A stretch of DNA of 64,000 nt from Rhodosorus marinus CCMP1338 (taxonomy: Eukaryota > Plantae > Rhodophyta). Position numbers and translations under genes: made by a program. This document shows positions 11,455 to 23,808 of this stretch, in pieces. Position 1 is the stretch's first letter. Each line of letters begins with the position of its first letter. The notes below the pieces were generated by a model. It was not told where the DNA came from, did no database searches, and worked only from the letters and a program-made list of their open reading frames with translations. The stretch spans positions 3,100,001 to 3,164,000 of the forward strand of contig JAMWBK010000001.1 of NCBI GenBank assembly GCA_029953675.1, read 5' to 3'.

Positions 11455-14400
11455 TCAGCGCTTTCCGCTCGCCATCAAATTGCGGAACTTCGAGATATCC
11501 AAGCTGCTCAATGTGGTTCCCCAGGACCCTCCTGCGGCTGCGTGTGGGACCAAGACACAGTTGCAGAGGCCCAGTCCCCCAAATCGCGGTGGGAGGCCCA
11601 CACGGGCACGGACAACATCACGGGTGGGTCGCGGCAGAGCGCTCAGCTCCTCATCAAGGAAATACCCAAGGTCACGGAAACTCTCAGCACCCGCACGAGT
11701 GACAAACCATCGGCCCCAAGGAGTTGGAAGTGACCGGAGCCAGTAGGTTAACCGCTGACTGCAACAATACCGAAACAACAACAACGAGCACTGGAGGAAG
11801 CCCGGAGGTATCCGTCGAAGCTCTGCAGCCGTCTGTACTTACCGAGGAGCTGCAGCAACTCGCCTTCAACGAAGGACGGCGACCCGTAGGGGATGCCTAA
11901 GTGGACAAAACCGTCTCCAAATATCCCGGAACGACGCCGGTACATGCTGATCTTGTGCAGCTACACCTCCGCAGTAGAACGATTTGTGATGATTAACCTC
12001 CAAGTCAACGCGCGAAGCCAAGGAGCGTAGACGATCATAGGGTAGCGCTAGAGCATGAGGGGGCCAGGAGGCACGCGTCATCGTGGTAGGCAACCGTAGG
12101 AACCTGCGGGAATTCGGAGCGAACACAAACCAAGACTAGTTGTAGTCCACAGAATGAAGGAAGGAGCCAAGAGGTCACCCTTTTGTACCCCTGTTCGCGC
12201 CGCAAACGTGTGGGGAGGAAGCGCAAGGGTGTCATAGCGAGTCCCACGACCAAGCGGAGACTAAAGACTACTAACAATGGGAAAGCCTACACGGAAGACT
12301 TTGCGCACCACGTGCATGAGAGCAGGACGAGAGACGCGGTTGAACGCATTGGTAAAGTTTATAGAGAGGAGCCCATAATCTGCGGAGTACGCCATTTCCG
12401 ACCGGAGTAAAACAGACAACAACTCACAGCCACCACGATAGCCTGAGGCCCACGCTAACTGCACGTGCCCAAAGAAGCGTGATTCTGGATACAGGATTTT
12501 CACTAACCACCGTGCCGCCAATTTGCGGACGACCTCAACCAGGCCAATAGGGCGAAGCGCAGGGCTCGAGGCATTGTGGCTGGGCTTCGAAAGCAGACAC
12601 TACTGCGAACGCCCGACCAGGAACCACGCGCACTCACACGGGAGATCGCCATTCCCAAGCGCTTCGACTGCCAACGGCAACGCCTTCAAACCTTCATCAC
12701 TTAAGAAACGGAGATATTCCACCCGCAGCCCCGAGAGCCTTGGGGAACGGCCCATCGGAGCATTATGAACCAACTCACGTACCGCCACCAGATTGACCAC
12801 TAACCACACGCTGGGATGTGAAGCTGAGCGGTACTCTTCCAACACTGATTCAAACGAGAAGTCCCAAGGAGAGCCTTCCGCGGGAAATAGCAAACGTAGC
12901 GGTGAAGAAAGATCATCGGAGTATGGAACCACTTGTTGTCGCTGCTTGAGGATACCAGCTGCCCGCCGCAGATCACCGCCTCTCGCTCGTCTCTGTCGAG
13001 AGACCTGAAAGCTGAGGGCGCACAAGGAGAACAGGAAGAGAGAGAAGCGAAATAGAGACGTTCGAGGTCCTCAAAGTTGGCGGAAAGGAAGATTAGCTTT
13101 TGTCGGCGAAGGTGGACCCGGCGAGGATGCGGATTGAGGAGGACCGTAGAGGAGATGAGAACGAGGCGGGGAAAAAAGAACAAGAGCTCCCACCAGGAGC
13201 TTATGAAGACGACGAGGGAGCGGTTCGGCCGAGCTCTGATGACAAAGTGGAAGGGAACCGCCCGGGTAGGAGACGACGAGGTACGAAAACCACAAGAGAA
13301 GACGCTCATTCCAGGCTGAGCGGTCACTGGTAAACAGGGGTAACCGGGGCGACACGCTCGCGGAGGAGGAAGCCTCAGACATCGAGCCTCCCCTCAGCTG
13401 GGAAGGCAGATCGAATATCCGGAGGAGGTGCCTCGGAGGGAGGCTCAGGAGTCGCAAGACGCTTACGTGGGGGGCGCACAAAGGAACTAAAAGACCTGAA
13501 GAAAGTAGACACAGGGTTTTCAGCAGCGGAGCCTTGACTGTGGGCGTCCACAGCCAGCAGATTGGGAGAGACCGATGGTACTTCTTCTATGTCGGTGTCA
13601 CGAGCCTCGAAGGCAGGGCGACGGGAGGAGGGGCGCTCAGTAGCCGGCGGCAGAAGGTCAAACGCAGGGCGGGCTTCCAGCAGGGCGGCCTTGGTGGAGA
13701 GGAAGGCCTCTAGCGCGGTGCGCAAGACCCGGGGGGAGGAAAACGCGGGAAGAGGCTCGCTTGTACGCGCGAGAGCCGCGCCACATGAGTGTTTAGGGCG
13801 ACAACCGAAGCCTGCAAAGCAGCATTCAGGTTTTGCAGGGCCGAAGGAGGAACCTAGGCGGCGTCAAACGATCGAACGCGACAAACAAAGAGACATAAGG
13901 ACTAGTCAGTATCGTGCTGGCCAGAGCACAGCGCTGGGACCCGGGGGTTCAAGCGATTGAAGGTACTGGTAAGCCGAGTCAGTAACAAGAAAACAGGCAT
14001 GAGGGCCCGTGAAGTCCGCATATAGGAATTTAGACTGGGCGACCCCAAGGGAGGAAGCCATAGTGTCGGGAAAATCGCGGCAGTGGACGTACGCGCCGCC
14101 CCGACCACGAGAGGGGGTCTGGGGACACACGCTCGTCATCCACACGAAGTGAACGGAGATAGCTGGCGAGAAAAGTCAATAGGGATGTGTCGTGGCATCA
14201 GACGCACCATTGCCGTCGTGCGTTGTTCAGAAGAGCCCCTGCGAAGGACCTGCGAATAGGTCGGACGTGGGGCACTGGAGGGAGCAGGATTCCGGCCCGA
14301 CGCGGGCCCAGGAGGTGTCTGGCCTTCGATAGGGGTAGCCCAGTCGGAATCAGGAACGACCAGAGCGGAGCGCTCTTGTCAGTTAAAGGCAGGCCCCGCT

Positions 14401-14860
14401 GCACCGCGTGAGGGTGGCCGCGGTACTAAACCCGCACACGCTGAGCTCCACGCGCGCTGAGAGAACGGCTCCGTCCACCGGAATAGGTGAGGAAACCCCA
14501 ACCATGACGAGGGGAAGGTGTAAAAAACCGATCCCCCCCACAAAAACCCCAAAAAGAGAACTTGTATCCAACGTTTGCAACCAAAAAAAAACCACCACGA
14601 CCTCCACGGGGCGCCAGCAACCCCCAGGACGCACCACACCGCTAGAAGATGCGGAGGGAAAGGTGGTAGAAAGAAGCGCCTTCCACCGAATAACACAATT
14701 CCGACTCAAAACAACCAAAACCCAGCACCATACACCCTCACGAAACCAAAAACCAAAAAAGAAAGATGACCCCACTGGGGCACACTCCTCCACGAACCCC
14801 TGGATATTGAATCTTCCCCCTACAGAGACGTACTCCGCGCCCAACTGGCCCTACCCCTGC
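11455..14860 (-). mobile_element. CRE-like element (family C), heavily frameshifted, 3' end lost
   Basis: Pieces in successive frames: PGLSGLRVEYL, SINFTNAFNRVSR, VAYHDDACLL, VNHHKSFY, HLGIPYGSPSFVE, LFRYCCSQRLTYWLRSLP, ARVGLPPRFGGLGL. GT-rich 5' region ~14500-14860. Confidence 0.75.
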
Positions 14861-14944
14861 GATTAGACGGGTTTGACTTTGCAGTCCGGCGAAAAAAATT
14901 TTTTGCTCCTGCGTCGGTCGCCTCCTGTGCCACAGCGCTTCGTA

Positions 14945-15115
14945 CTCTGGTGAGCTTTCGGCTGATAAGTGCCTGCCTCTTGGCTCGGACGATGACTACA
15001 GAGGATCCCGTCCCTCTTTCGCCTCAGCTTTTGAGTCTCTATGATGGCCTGCATAACAGGCGTTCAGTAGTTACAACGTCGTGCCGGACGAGAATCGATA
15101 TCAGCTTCGCTCGCG
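14945..15115 (+). mobile_element. Internal fragment of family B
   Basis: Nucleotide similarity to 10190-10370 (AAGTGCCTGCC..TTGGCTCG, TCTATGATGG, GTGCCGGACGAGAATCGAT). Confidence 0.8.
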
Positions 15116-15119
15116 GAGT

Positions 15120-15530
15120 TCCAGGTGATATCTGGTCATGGTATCCGCCTCCCGTGCCAGAGTGCGGCCGAATGGGTAGGGTAGGCATCGTAGAAGGTAA
15201 TCCAGGCGTGTTTCAGCGCATTACCTGAACAATGCGACCTGCGCGTTAAGTTCATGTTGCGGTAGCTGTGCTATTTCAGAGATGAGCTTTTCTTGCTTTG
15301 TTTTGAAGCGCACGACACTCGTGCTCGATATATTGCCAGTTTCCAAGCGGGATCGAGTGGATAGTGACGCCTTCTCGGGCAAAGTGTACGCCAGGGATCT
15401 CTCCACTGATGACTTGCGCCGTCGTCAGGGTTCGGCCGTATAGCGTGCATTTATCGATTTGCAGGCTGGCCCCAAGAGCGAGGAGCATAGTTCGGCTCCA
15501 GGCTAGTGCTTGCTTCAGCACTAAACTAAC
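15120..15530 (-). mobile_element. RT fragment of family D
   Basis: REGVTIHSIPLG and LISEIAQLPQHELNAQVALFR match REGVTIHSIPIG / LFEEIAHLPSQELNTQVALFR in ORF 1698..2396. Confidence 0.85.
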
Positions 15531-15569
15531 GAAACCGTTTACACTTTACAACCCCAGACTAACGCTGTG

Positions 15570-16540
15570 CACAGCACTTGCTTGTAGTCGGAGAGGGCCA
15601 CCGTTTCCGTTCGGGGCGGCCGAACATTGCGCAGTGTCACAATCACCGGATGGGTGTCCGGTCCCCACCTACTGCCACCCACCGTCGCATGAAGTTGTCG
15701 AAGGGCAGTCTGTTGTCTCATGCCCACTGCCTTCGCTGCCCGTTGCGCGTATGTACTACGTGGTGGGATAGAGCCAGAGCGGGGAAGTTCCACTCCTCCT
15801 GTCCCCCAGGAGATAGTCCTGGAGCGGACTGGCCCCCAGCGGCATGACCCTTGTCGAGCTGTCCCACTTGCAACTGTCCCATTAGTTGTTGTCCCATTCC
15901 AGGGTGTCCCGGGGCATGGTGTCCCACCCGGTTGTGTCCCACACGCGACTGTCCCATCCTGTCCCAAATGGTGGTGTCCCAGAGGAGCTTGCCCTGTGGA
16001 TTGACCTTGGATTGACGATCTGCGGGATTGCGCATTTCAGATTCGCTCTGCAAGGCTGATTTTCGGTGGGCGCCCAGAATGGAGGTTTCTCTCCCAGCTC
16101 CTCAAGGCGGGCGTTGATGCATTTCAGGTCGCCGGTGTTCCCTGGTCTGGAGTACAGCGGGTGTAACCCAGCAAAAAATCTCGCTATCTCCTTGTTGCTT
16201 ACCCCGACGTCTCGGTAGAAGTCGGTATATTTCGCCAGCTTGCCCAGGAGGTCGTGGGCAACATCTTCTTCGTCCGTAGATGTGGACGCTGTCTCCATGT
16301 CTACTTCTTGGAATTCGCGAATTCTCGTACCTGATGTTCACCAAGGAGACTTGGTGAACATTAGGTAAAAAGTGCCTGGCCCTCTCCTCAATTTCTCCTT
16401 CCTCCAGGTGATCCCCGGGGGAATAGTTCTCTCCTCCAAGTGCAAAGTCAGTGCGGGATATTTCCTCCCCACCCGGGGGGGAGGTTGTCCAACATTCGTC
16501 TTCGCCATCAACCACACCCCAGACTCTAACGTAACCTCAT
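15570..16540 (-). mobile_element. Probable 5' ORF region of a retroelement with 15-bp periodic TGTCCC repeats
   Basis: Frameshifted ORFs 15882..16298, 15718..16053 and 15539..15967. TGTCCC recurs roughly every 15 bp at ~15860-15985. Flanked by the CCCCAGACT motif at both ends. Confidence 0.45.
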
Positions 16541-17329
16541 CTTTTTAGCCTAGTTGGGACAACAAACGCTCCGCTCCAAGAGCTTCGCGATAAGGAAAAA
16601 CAAGAGGTTGTTGACTTACCAATGAGGCTTCGCTTCGGATTAGAGGCGAACGGGGTAACCTGAACTTCCGCTCTAATTAATCTCGTAGAACACTTAGAAA
16701 GAATGAAGCAGACAACTCATTAGGGGGCTACTTAACGCATCCACAGACTCCTTATTTTCTCTTTTGTGGGCGTCATTAGGGAGCTTCCTAGCAGCGATTG
16801 TCCATGAAGACGAAGGAACGTCCCTCTATTTTAATCTACTGGGCATATCGGCCACACTATCAAACCCTATTCTAGCTCCAATGCAGTAAATACTCCCACA
16901 GTTTATTTTTTGATGCGTAAGCTTCGTGAACACTGTCGCATTGTCATTTGACGCTGATGTGGCAGCCGACGTTTCTTGCTTGCCCTATCGCTATCGCCCC
17001 TCGGCTGAGAAGATGGTTCGCCCCTCCACAAGAGCGTCCCTTCATGGACGCTTAAGTTTGATTGCCTAGCCAAACGGCTTCGAACAGAAAGTGACCTAGT
17101 CAAAACGAAGCTTGCAGCACTCCTTTGAAGCGAAGCGACGAACTCTGAGCGCCGGAAGGCATCAAGCGCTTAACAAAAAGAGCAAACTTCAATATTCAGC
17201 CATCTCGGGAGCCAAAACTTCGAATCACGATGAGTGTTATGATCCCAAGGGCCTAGATGCCCTGGACCGAATTAAATCCTCGCCATCGACTCAGTTGCAA
17301 GCGTTGACTATTGTGGCCCGTTACCGGTA

Positions 17330-18330
17330 GAACGAACGAATGGTTTAATCGGAGGCTGAAAAAAAAAAACCCCGAGGGGAAAAAAAGACTAAGCGCGGCG
17401 AAGTACTCGCGCCTCCAACATCAAAGCGGCATTCATGCGCCACAGCAGGAAACTTAAGCGGGTAAACAACGATTGAAGACGGTCAGGGCGTTCGCGGAAC
17501 AACTCCCGAAGCCAGCGAGAACCAACAGAGTCCATGAACCCAAAGCACTCAATGATCAGGGGTACCAAGCGATGTGCTAGAGCCGAAGCACGAACACCAG
17601 GGGAAGACAAAGCCCCCGCGTATTTGATCTCTTTGCGGCGTCTCATGCTGGCGGCGGCAGATCCACGGCGCTCCCCCGCAGCCGGGAGATAACGACTAGC
17701 TTGAGGGTTAGGAACAGCAAGATCAACGTATGTGGTACGGCGGCTGTCGTCACAGGTGATCACCAGGTCGGCTACACGGCGTTCATCATTTTGAAAGTCC
17801 GCGACGGGTAAAGGTTTCTCACGTTCGATTTCCAGACCGGCTTGCCGGACTATAGGCCGAAGTTCCCGGTATAACAGGTTCAAGATCCGTGTATGGCGGC
17901 GGGTTCGAGCACCTTTCACCGCCGGGCAACTAGCGAGCAGTTGGGCGCCAAAATCTGCGTTGTCTTCAGTCTGAGAGCAGAGAGGGCACGACGAACCCAT
18001 CTCGTACGGCCAAGGGGGCTGATGTAAGCCGAGGTATAAGCGCAGGGAAGTACGCACTTCGAAATCCGACAGTGTGAGTGGCGGAAAGGCTGGTACGGTC
18101 ATGAGCCACTGAGAGCTAATAACCCCTCCAAGACTACGTAGGCGGGCGCGAGCGCGGGAAGATGAGACCATCTGCGCGAGGAGTCGGCCATATGCAGCAC
18201 GGTGCAAGTCCCAAGAAAGGATATTTTGCAGCGCATCCGTGCGTGCTTGAGCTCGGCTCCCAGCGCGCTGGGAAGAGATGGCTTTCCCGCGCGGTGTCGA
18301 TGTGGAAAAGTTCAGACAACTAAGATTTTG
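17330..18330 (-). mobile_element. 5'-truncated CRE-like element (family A) with intact zinc knuckle/RLE ORF and (TTCG)n tail
   Basis: ORF 17389..18207: CPLC..D..G..LLASC..ARTRRH, RRVADLVIT, YVDLAVPNP, LVPLIIECFG. 3'UTR ends CGATTAAACCATTCGTTCGTTC. Confidence 0.9.
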
Positions 18331-18801
18331 CCCAAGGCTTCTATTGGACGTGGTTCAAAGTCGTGCTCCTCAGGGCAGACTAACGAACAAGTAGTCAATA
18401 TAGGCGTCGAGTGTATTCCGCTCCTTCCTGTAAACAACTTTTTTCAAAATGTGGTAGAACAATTTCAGGGTTCACGAGATTCCGTCATCTTCAAGGACTA
18501 TCCAAGCTTTTACGCCCTCGAGTTGCCTAGTACGGGGAAAGCAGCGCCCTGAGTATTCCGTTCTTTATTAACTCGATCGTTGTCTACGGTTATTTCCTCG
18601 TGCCGGAGGACGGTTTCAGGGTTTCGAACAAATTTGCAAGCTCGATCACTTGCACTAAACCTTACCTTCCCGAGATGGAGGCAGGTAAGGGTTGCTCATA
18701 CGTAGATGTCTGCTGGTTGTTACTGAGCGAACAAGTCGTCATGTCCCTTAAAGTTGTCCACTACAGCACCACCTCATCAGGACTGTAGCGTTCCTTGTAT
18801 G

Positions 18802-19266
18802 TCATAATTCAAAGAGCTTTCTTAGCATCGTCGCCTCCCGGGCCATGTCCTCCGCGGTCCTCGGCTTCCTTTCCTTCTCGGCGTCGACCTTACGACTTGC
18901 GTGATCTTCCCGATCGATCCTATCATAGATTACATCGTTCGGCTGAAAGTCGTTTGGCTTTCTAGGCATTATGTGAACATGAACGTGGGGTACAGTCTGT
19001 CCTGCATACACGCCATCTTGAATAACGTAGGTCAAGGATTCAGCTGAGTGAAGGCTCTCCAGTCCAGGGCCAACTCGATGTGCTAATGTCCAAAGATCAA
19101 GGATTTCTTCGGCGCTTAAATCCACGCATCTGGGAGCAACCCGTTTCGAAGTCACGAGCACGTGTCCTTCTACGACTGGTTTGTAGTTAACAAACGCATA
19201 CGACAAACTCGTTTCCACGAAAACCTCACTAGCATCAATTCCCCACGGACCAAACTTGTAAACCAT
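18802..19266 (-). CDS. FHIT: Bis(5'-adenosyl)-triphosphatase (fragile histidine triad, HIT family)
   Basis: FGP..I..SEVF, AFVNYKPVVEGHVLV, QDGVYAGQTVPHVHVHIMPRKPNDF..NDVIY, RKPRTAEDMAREA. ATG at 19266; no intron seen. Confidence 0.93.
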   Translation of the reverse strand: MVYKFGPWGIDASEVFVETSLSYAFVNYKPVVEGHVLVTSKRVAPRCVDLSAEEILDLWTLAHRVGPGLESLHSAESLTYVIQDGVYAGQTVPHVHVHIMPRKPNDFQPNDVIYDRIDREDHASRKVDAEKERKPRTAEDMAREATMLRKLFEL

Positions 19267-19429
19267 TCCTGAACCCGCACCGATCAAAGGCCACGAGGTT
19301 ACTCCTACACCACCACAATGTCCTTATGAAGCCACGAGTGCTGACACAACCCCTCTCCTGACTGTCAATTCCTTCCGCGCCCCCCCTTGGGCAAATGCCC
19401 TGCAGAGCTCTAAAACCCTCTACCTCCTG

Positions 19430-19810
19430 AATAAATGAACAAAACGTCCGAATTCGCTCCAGTCGAAACACGCTAAAATCATACAGATTGGGCTCCCTTC
19501 TCAAGCACTCCATCCAAAGCCTCGCATCAACCACATGAGTGCCTCACAACGGAGGGGCGGGAAACTAGACGTTGATTACGAGCGTCCAACAACAAAGCAG
19601 GGTTCGAACGCCAAAGAGTCAAAGACAGCTTTGTGAGGAGGCTATCAGCATGACGTGGGTTGCTACGAAAGAAGCCAAGAAGCCAACGAGAGTTTCCACT
19701 AAACCTAAGCACTCGTTGGGTGGAACAAGCCGATACACAACGCAGAGTCGCGAGGGAGTGCAACAGCTCCTCAGCGTACTGCAACTCTTTCAATTGCCGC
19801 ATTGACCGAG
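19430..19810 (-). mobile_element. 3' fragment of family E
   Basis: ATRSMRQLKELQYA and DSLLTKLSLTLWRSN..LLDARNQRLVSR match 22030-22314. Confidence 0.75.
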
Positions 19811-20299
19811 TTGCAGCATCACGACGGAGCGGAACGCAGGAATGTACCTGCTCGAGGCCAGACAAGGAATGGGAAGGTCGATATACTCACCTCGACGAGC
19901 ATTCAGATCAGTCACCACCAAGTCCACCACCCGCTGCATCAGTGCCCATCAAACTGGTGGTGCACCCAAATCCAGCACATCGAATCTCCCGTCTGGATCT
20001 CATCAAGGCGTTGCGTAGACCCCGGGTGTCTATAAGGAAACTCTCGGCAAAGGTGACCGTGAACGGAAAGCATTTGTCTTGCGTGCTTGTAGAAGTGGGC
20101 ATTCTTATTTGCTTTCTGAAAAAACGAGAAGTTGGTTGCACCAAATATCATCGGTGATGGACGCGTTGGGGGTGCAACCCCACCCACGAAAGTTAGGAAG
20201 TTAGAAAGTTAGAGATTTCAGCAGCACATAAGAACAAACTTGGTCATTCGTCCCTCTTGACCGATCTATGATTAGTATGTGAAAGAGCTTTCCTTCGCC

Positions 20300-22354
20300 T
20301 GGTAGAATCATAAGCGCTGAATTCGCAATCCTTTAAAAGAGAACACGAATCGGGAGGAGCCTTTCGATACACTTTCGGTCGATTTTGCGAACGCCTTTAA
20401 CAGCGTGTCGCGTGTTCACGCGCTCGAGATAGTTCGTCAGCTCTTCCCATCGGGTTTCCGTTTCGTGCGCCGGGTCTACGGGGAGGGGCCAACTTGCCCT
20501 CGCCTTGTCACCTTGGGTGCAGACAGCCAGAGCTTTGTGTCACAGACGGGTGTTCAGCAGGGAGACCCCTTAGGGCCTCTTCTGCACGCATGTGGATTGC
20601 AGTTGGCGCTGTTGCGCGTGCAGCATCAGTTCCCGAGGGCTTCATTCTATTCGGTGTCCCTGTGGGCACTGAGAGTTTCGTGGAGCGCAACCTTCGAGCG
20701 CTGCTAGCCGCGATGATGAGCTCTTGAATGAGCTGTGCCGCCTACCGGAGGGGTACCTCCAGACCGCTCTGCTCGTCTTCAGGTTCAGTGCGTGTCAACG
20801 CCTGAACTATTTTCTGCGGCAGCTCCCTTCGACGTGGGGGGCTTGGCTAGCCCTTCGCGCTGATCAGCGTGCGAGGGACGTTTTGAGCACACTGGTGGAC
20901 GCAGACCTCTCTACTCTAGGGGAGAACGAACAGACTGTCCTTCACCGCCAGCTGGCCTTGCCTGTGCGCATGGGCGGACTAGCCGTGGGGACTTATGCAC
21001 TAATCCAACCGGCGGCCGTGGTGAGCTCTTGGGCAAATGCTTTAACTACTTGGTCTAAGGAGAGCAATCCCACCGTGCGTGGTTTGTTGCAAGGCCTCCG
21101 TGAGGGGCACTTGGACGTGACTCTCAGCTCGAGGCTCGGAGGCGTTTTTGACGAGCTGGAGGGTGCGTTTCAGAAATGTATTGCCCTGCCAAGCGGTACA
21201 CAACCCCGCTACGGGTCGTGGCGGGCAGTTCTTGACTCTTTTGGCGGATCTCGTTCGGGAAGCTCTGCGGCCGAACCGTGTCTTGACAGTGGAGCCCGGA
21301 TGGGGGCTGGCGTTTGCGCTGGAGACGATGCTGACATGGATGGTGTCGATGCTGAAACGGACGCTGTTGCCGTGCCGTCGAGGCCGCCTGAGGAGTCTGT
21401 TACCCGGTCGGGCCCGGCCCCTTCGAGAACTGATGTAGTACAAAAAACCCTTTCCTGGGACACACATCGCGACTCGTACGCCACCCTTCTAGGTTCAGCT
21501 TCCTCTCCGCCTTCCACCTTGGCTCGCCTTCGTGCTTTGGGGGGTAGCCTCAGCTCTCACTTCTTTACGGCCATTCCTGCCTACCCGCGGCTAGTGATGA
21601 CAGACTTCGAGATGCGCACGAGCTTACGTTTGTACCTTGGCTTGCCCCAACCGCCATGGCCCGCGGCTGGGGCCTCGAGTTGTAACCTGTACGGTAGCCA
21701 CGTGCGGTGCGCTGAATTCGGTGGACACCTGTGGCATCCTGTCCGCAGGTCCAGGGGGCCCGGACTCGTCGGCATACGCGGCTCAACCGGTTGCTGTTTC
21801 GCTATCTTCGTTCACAGATGCTGGGCACGGACCGGGAGGTGGAGTATGAGGGTTCCCTCTGCCCGTGGCCACGGCAATTACTGATACGGCTGACGCACCA
21901 GGGGTGCAGCGGGTGGCGGATCTAGTGGTGACTGATCTCAGCGCCCGTCGGAGTGTGTACGTTGACCTTTCTATTCCTTGTCCTCAGGCGACCAGATATC
22001 TACCCGCATCTGCACGCAGCCGTGGCGCTGCGGCTCGGTCAATGCGGCAACTGAAGGAGTCCCAGTACGCTGCAGCTATGTTGGACTCTACGCTCCGCGA
22101 TTCGGCCTTGTCCTATCGATTTGTTCCACTCATCATCGAGTGCTTTGGTTTAGTTGATTGTATCGGCTCTCGCTGGCTTCGTGTGCTCTTTCGTCACAGC
22201 CCAAGTCGTCTTGATAGCCTCCTCACGGAGCTGTCCTTGACCTTATGGCGTTCCAACGCGGCTTCACTGTTCGACGCGCGTCATCAGCGTCTTGTTTCTC
22301 GCTTCTCAGGGTAGTTAGGCTCTGATAAACTGATGATGATGATGATGATGATGA
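20300..22354 (+). mobile_element. 5'-truncated CRE-like element (family E) with (TGA)8 tail
   Basis: SVDFANAFNSVSR, QTGVQQGDPLGP (YxDD segment deleted), QRLNYFLRQLP, LALPVRMGGL, ARTRRH, VADLVVTD..YVDLSIPCP, VPLIIECFG. Stop 22314; (TGA)8 at 22331-22354. Confidence 0.9.
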
Positions 22355-22748
22355 ATCTTCTATCCAGTAAGGAAGGTCGTGAGTATCATGCTGCGAGATG
22401 GTCCGGCATATGCATATCAATTGAAGTCGGGCGGAGGCTCCAGGAGCAAATTCAAGTTTTGAAGCACTATGGCAGAACTAATATTGCCCCGATTGTCTTC
22501 TCGCTCACTACCGATTTGGATTTTCTCGATGTTCTTTCGGCATATAAACGTAGTAACAACAAAGTCTTGTTGAAGCATAGGCGCTTTCCAACATACACGC
22601 CACAACCAGGGCTGCTTACGCACCCACAATGCGGGTTTTTGGGGGTTTTTAGTTTTAGCTCGGTTTACCTCAGAATCGCGGGTTTGACTCAATGGTGGTT
22701 TTACACTGCCTCCAGTTGTATTGAGTATTTGACAAATACAACGATTCT

Positions 22749-22797
22749 GGCGATTCTCAGCCTCCAGTATCTAAGTTACTGGAGGCTGAGAATCGCC
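22749..22797. repeat. Perfect 21-bp inverted repeat, 7-nt loop
   Basis: GGCGATTCTCAGCCTCCAGTA-TCTAAGT-TACTGGAGGCTGAGAATCGCC. Confidence 0.95.
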
Positions 22798-23808
22798 TGT
22801 TTCCATTTCTACGTTGCTTCGTTTTATGGTCTCTGTTCTTGATTTGCGAATGTTGTTTCTAAGGTCTCTAATCTCGGTTTGCGGGTGTGTTGTGAATTTA
22901 TAGGGTGAGTGCTTCGGCGGCAAGGTCTGTCAACTGAATGCAAGAGGGGGAATGAGCAGTAGAGATCTCAACACCGAATTACAAGTAAACATCTTGTTCT
23001 TTGAATTGTAATCTGGACACTTTCCACGAAGAAGGACTTCGCTGTGGAGGATTATCGGAGACTTTGGTAGCGAAGGATTATTACTCCCATCCGCGAGCTT
23101 CTCCACTGCCAAGATAATGTCTACATCTCAAAGATTAAGAAATATTCTAGTACAAAAAGTTCAGAAAAATCTGGCTTGGACAAATTCTCCCACAACCAGC
23201 TTGAGGACTGAGAAGGCCAGAAAGTGACAAGTCCCATTTTCGGCTTCCTAGCAAAAACGTTCTCATCTCTTTTTGGGGGGGTATCACGGGGTTTTGATTC
23301 TTGCTCCAATAAAGATTTTGTTATAAAACTTTGAACAGGAAAGTGAAAGGAAAGGTCCTACATTTTGAAGCTCATTTTGGTTGGAAACCACTTTATCGTT
23401 GAATTTGTCAGGTTCCCAGAAGTGAAATTCTCGGCTCGAATCAAGGGTAGCGTGGATCCAAGACAGGAGACTAATGTGGAAGCTCACTCAAAATTATAAA
23501 GAAAAACTCTATCGTTATTCAATTTCTACTGTAATTGGGCAAACGGCTTCTCTAGGGGACGGCCTGCGTTTATGGTGACCTTTGTATTTCACGGGCTCCA
23601 CCGTACGCATCGACTATGGAAATGCGCCAGAATATCTGGGCTCCTGTTGTGATTTACCAGTAATACGCGGAAAAGCGCAGCTAGGAGAAATCTGACACCT
23701 GGAAGATTGGGATAAAAAGTAGACCGCTCAGGCGCTTGCAAAATTTCACGCCTTGGGGTAGTTGACGAAGCTGAGGTGCTCATGGTGCTCGTCTCCGAGT
23801 GTACTACA

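Noticed and set aside
22333-22842. ORF beginning MMMMMMM
   Set aside because: Poly-Met derives from the (TGA)8 retrotransposon tail; the remainder has no recognisable protein features.
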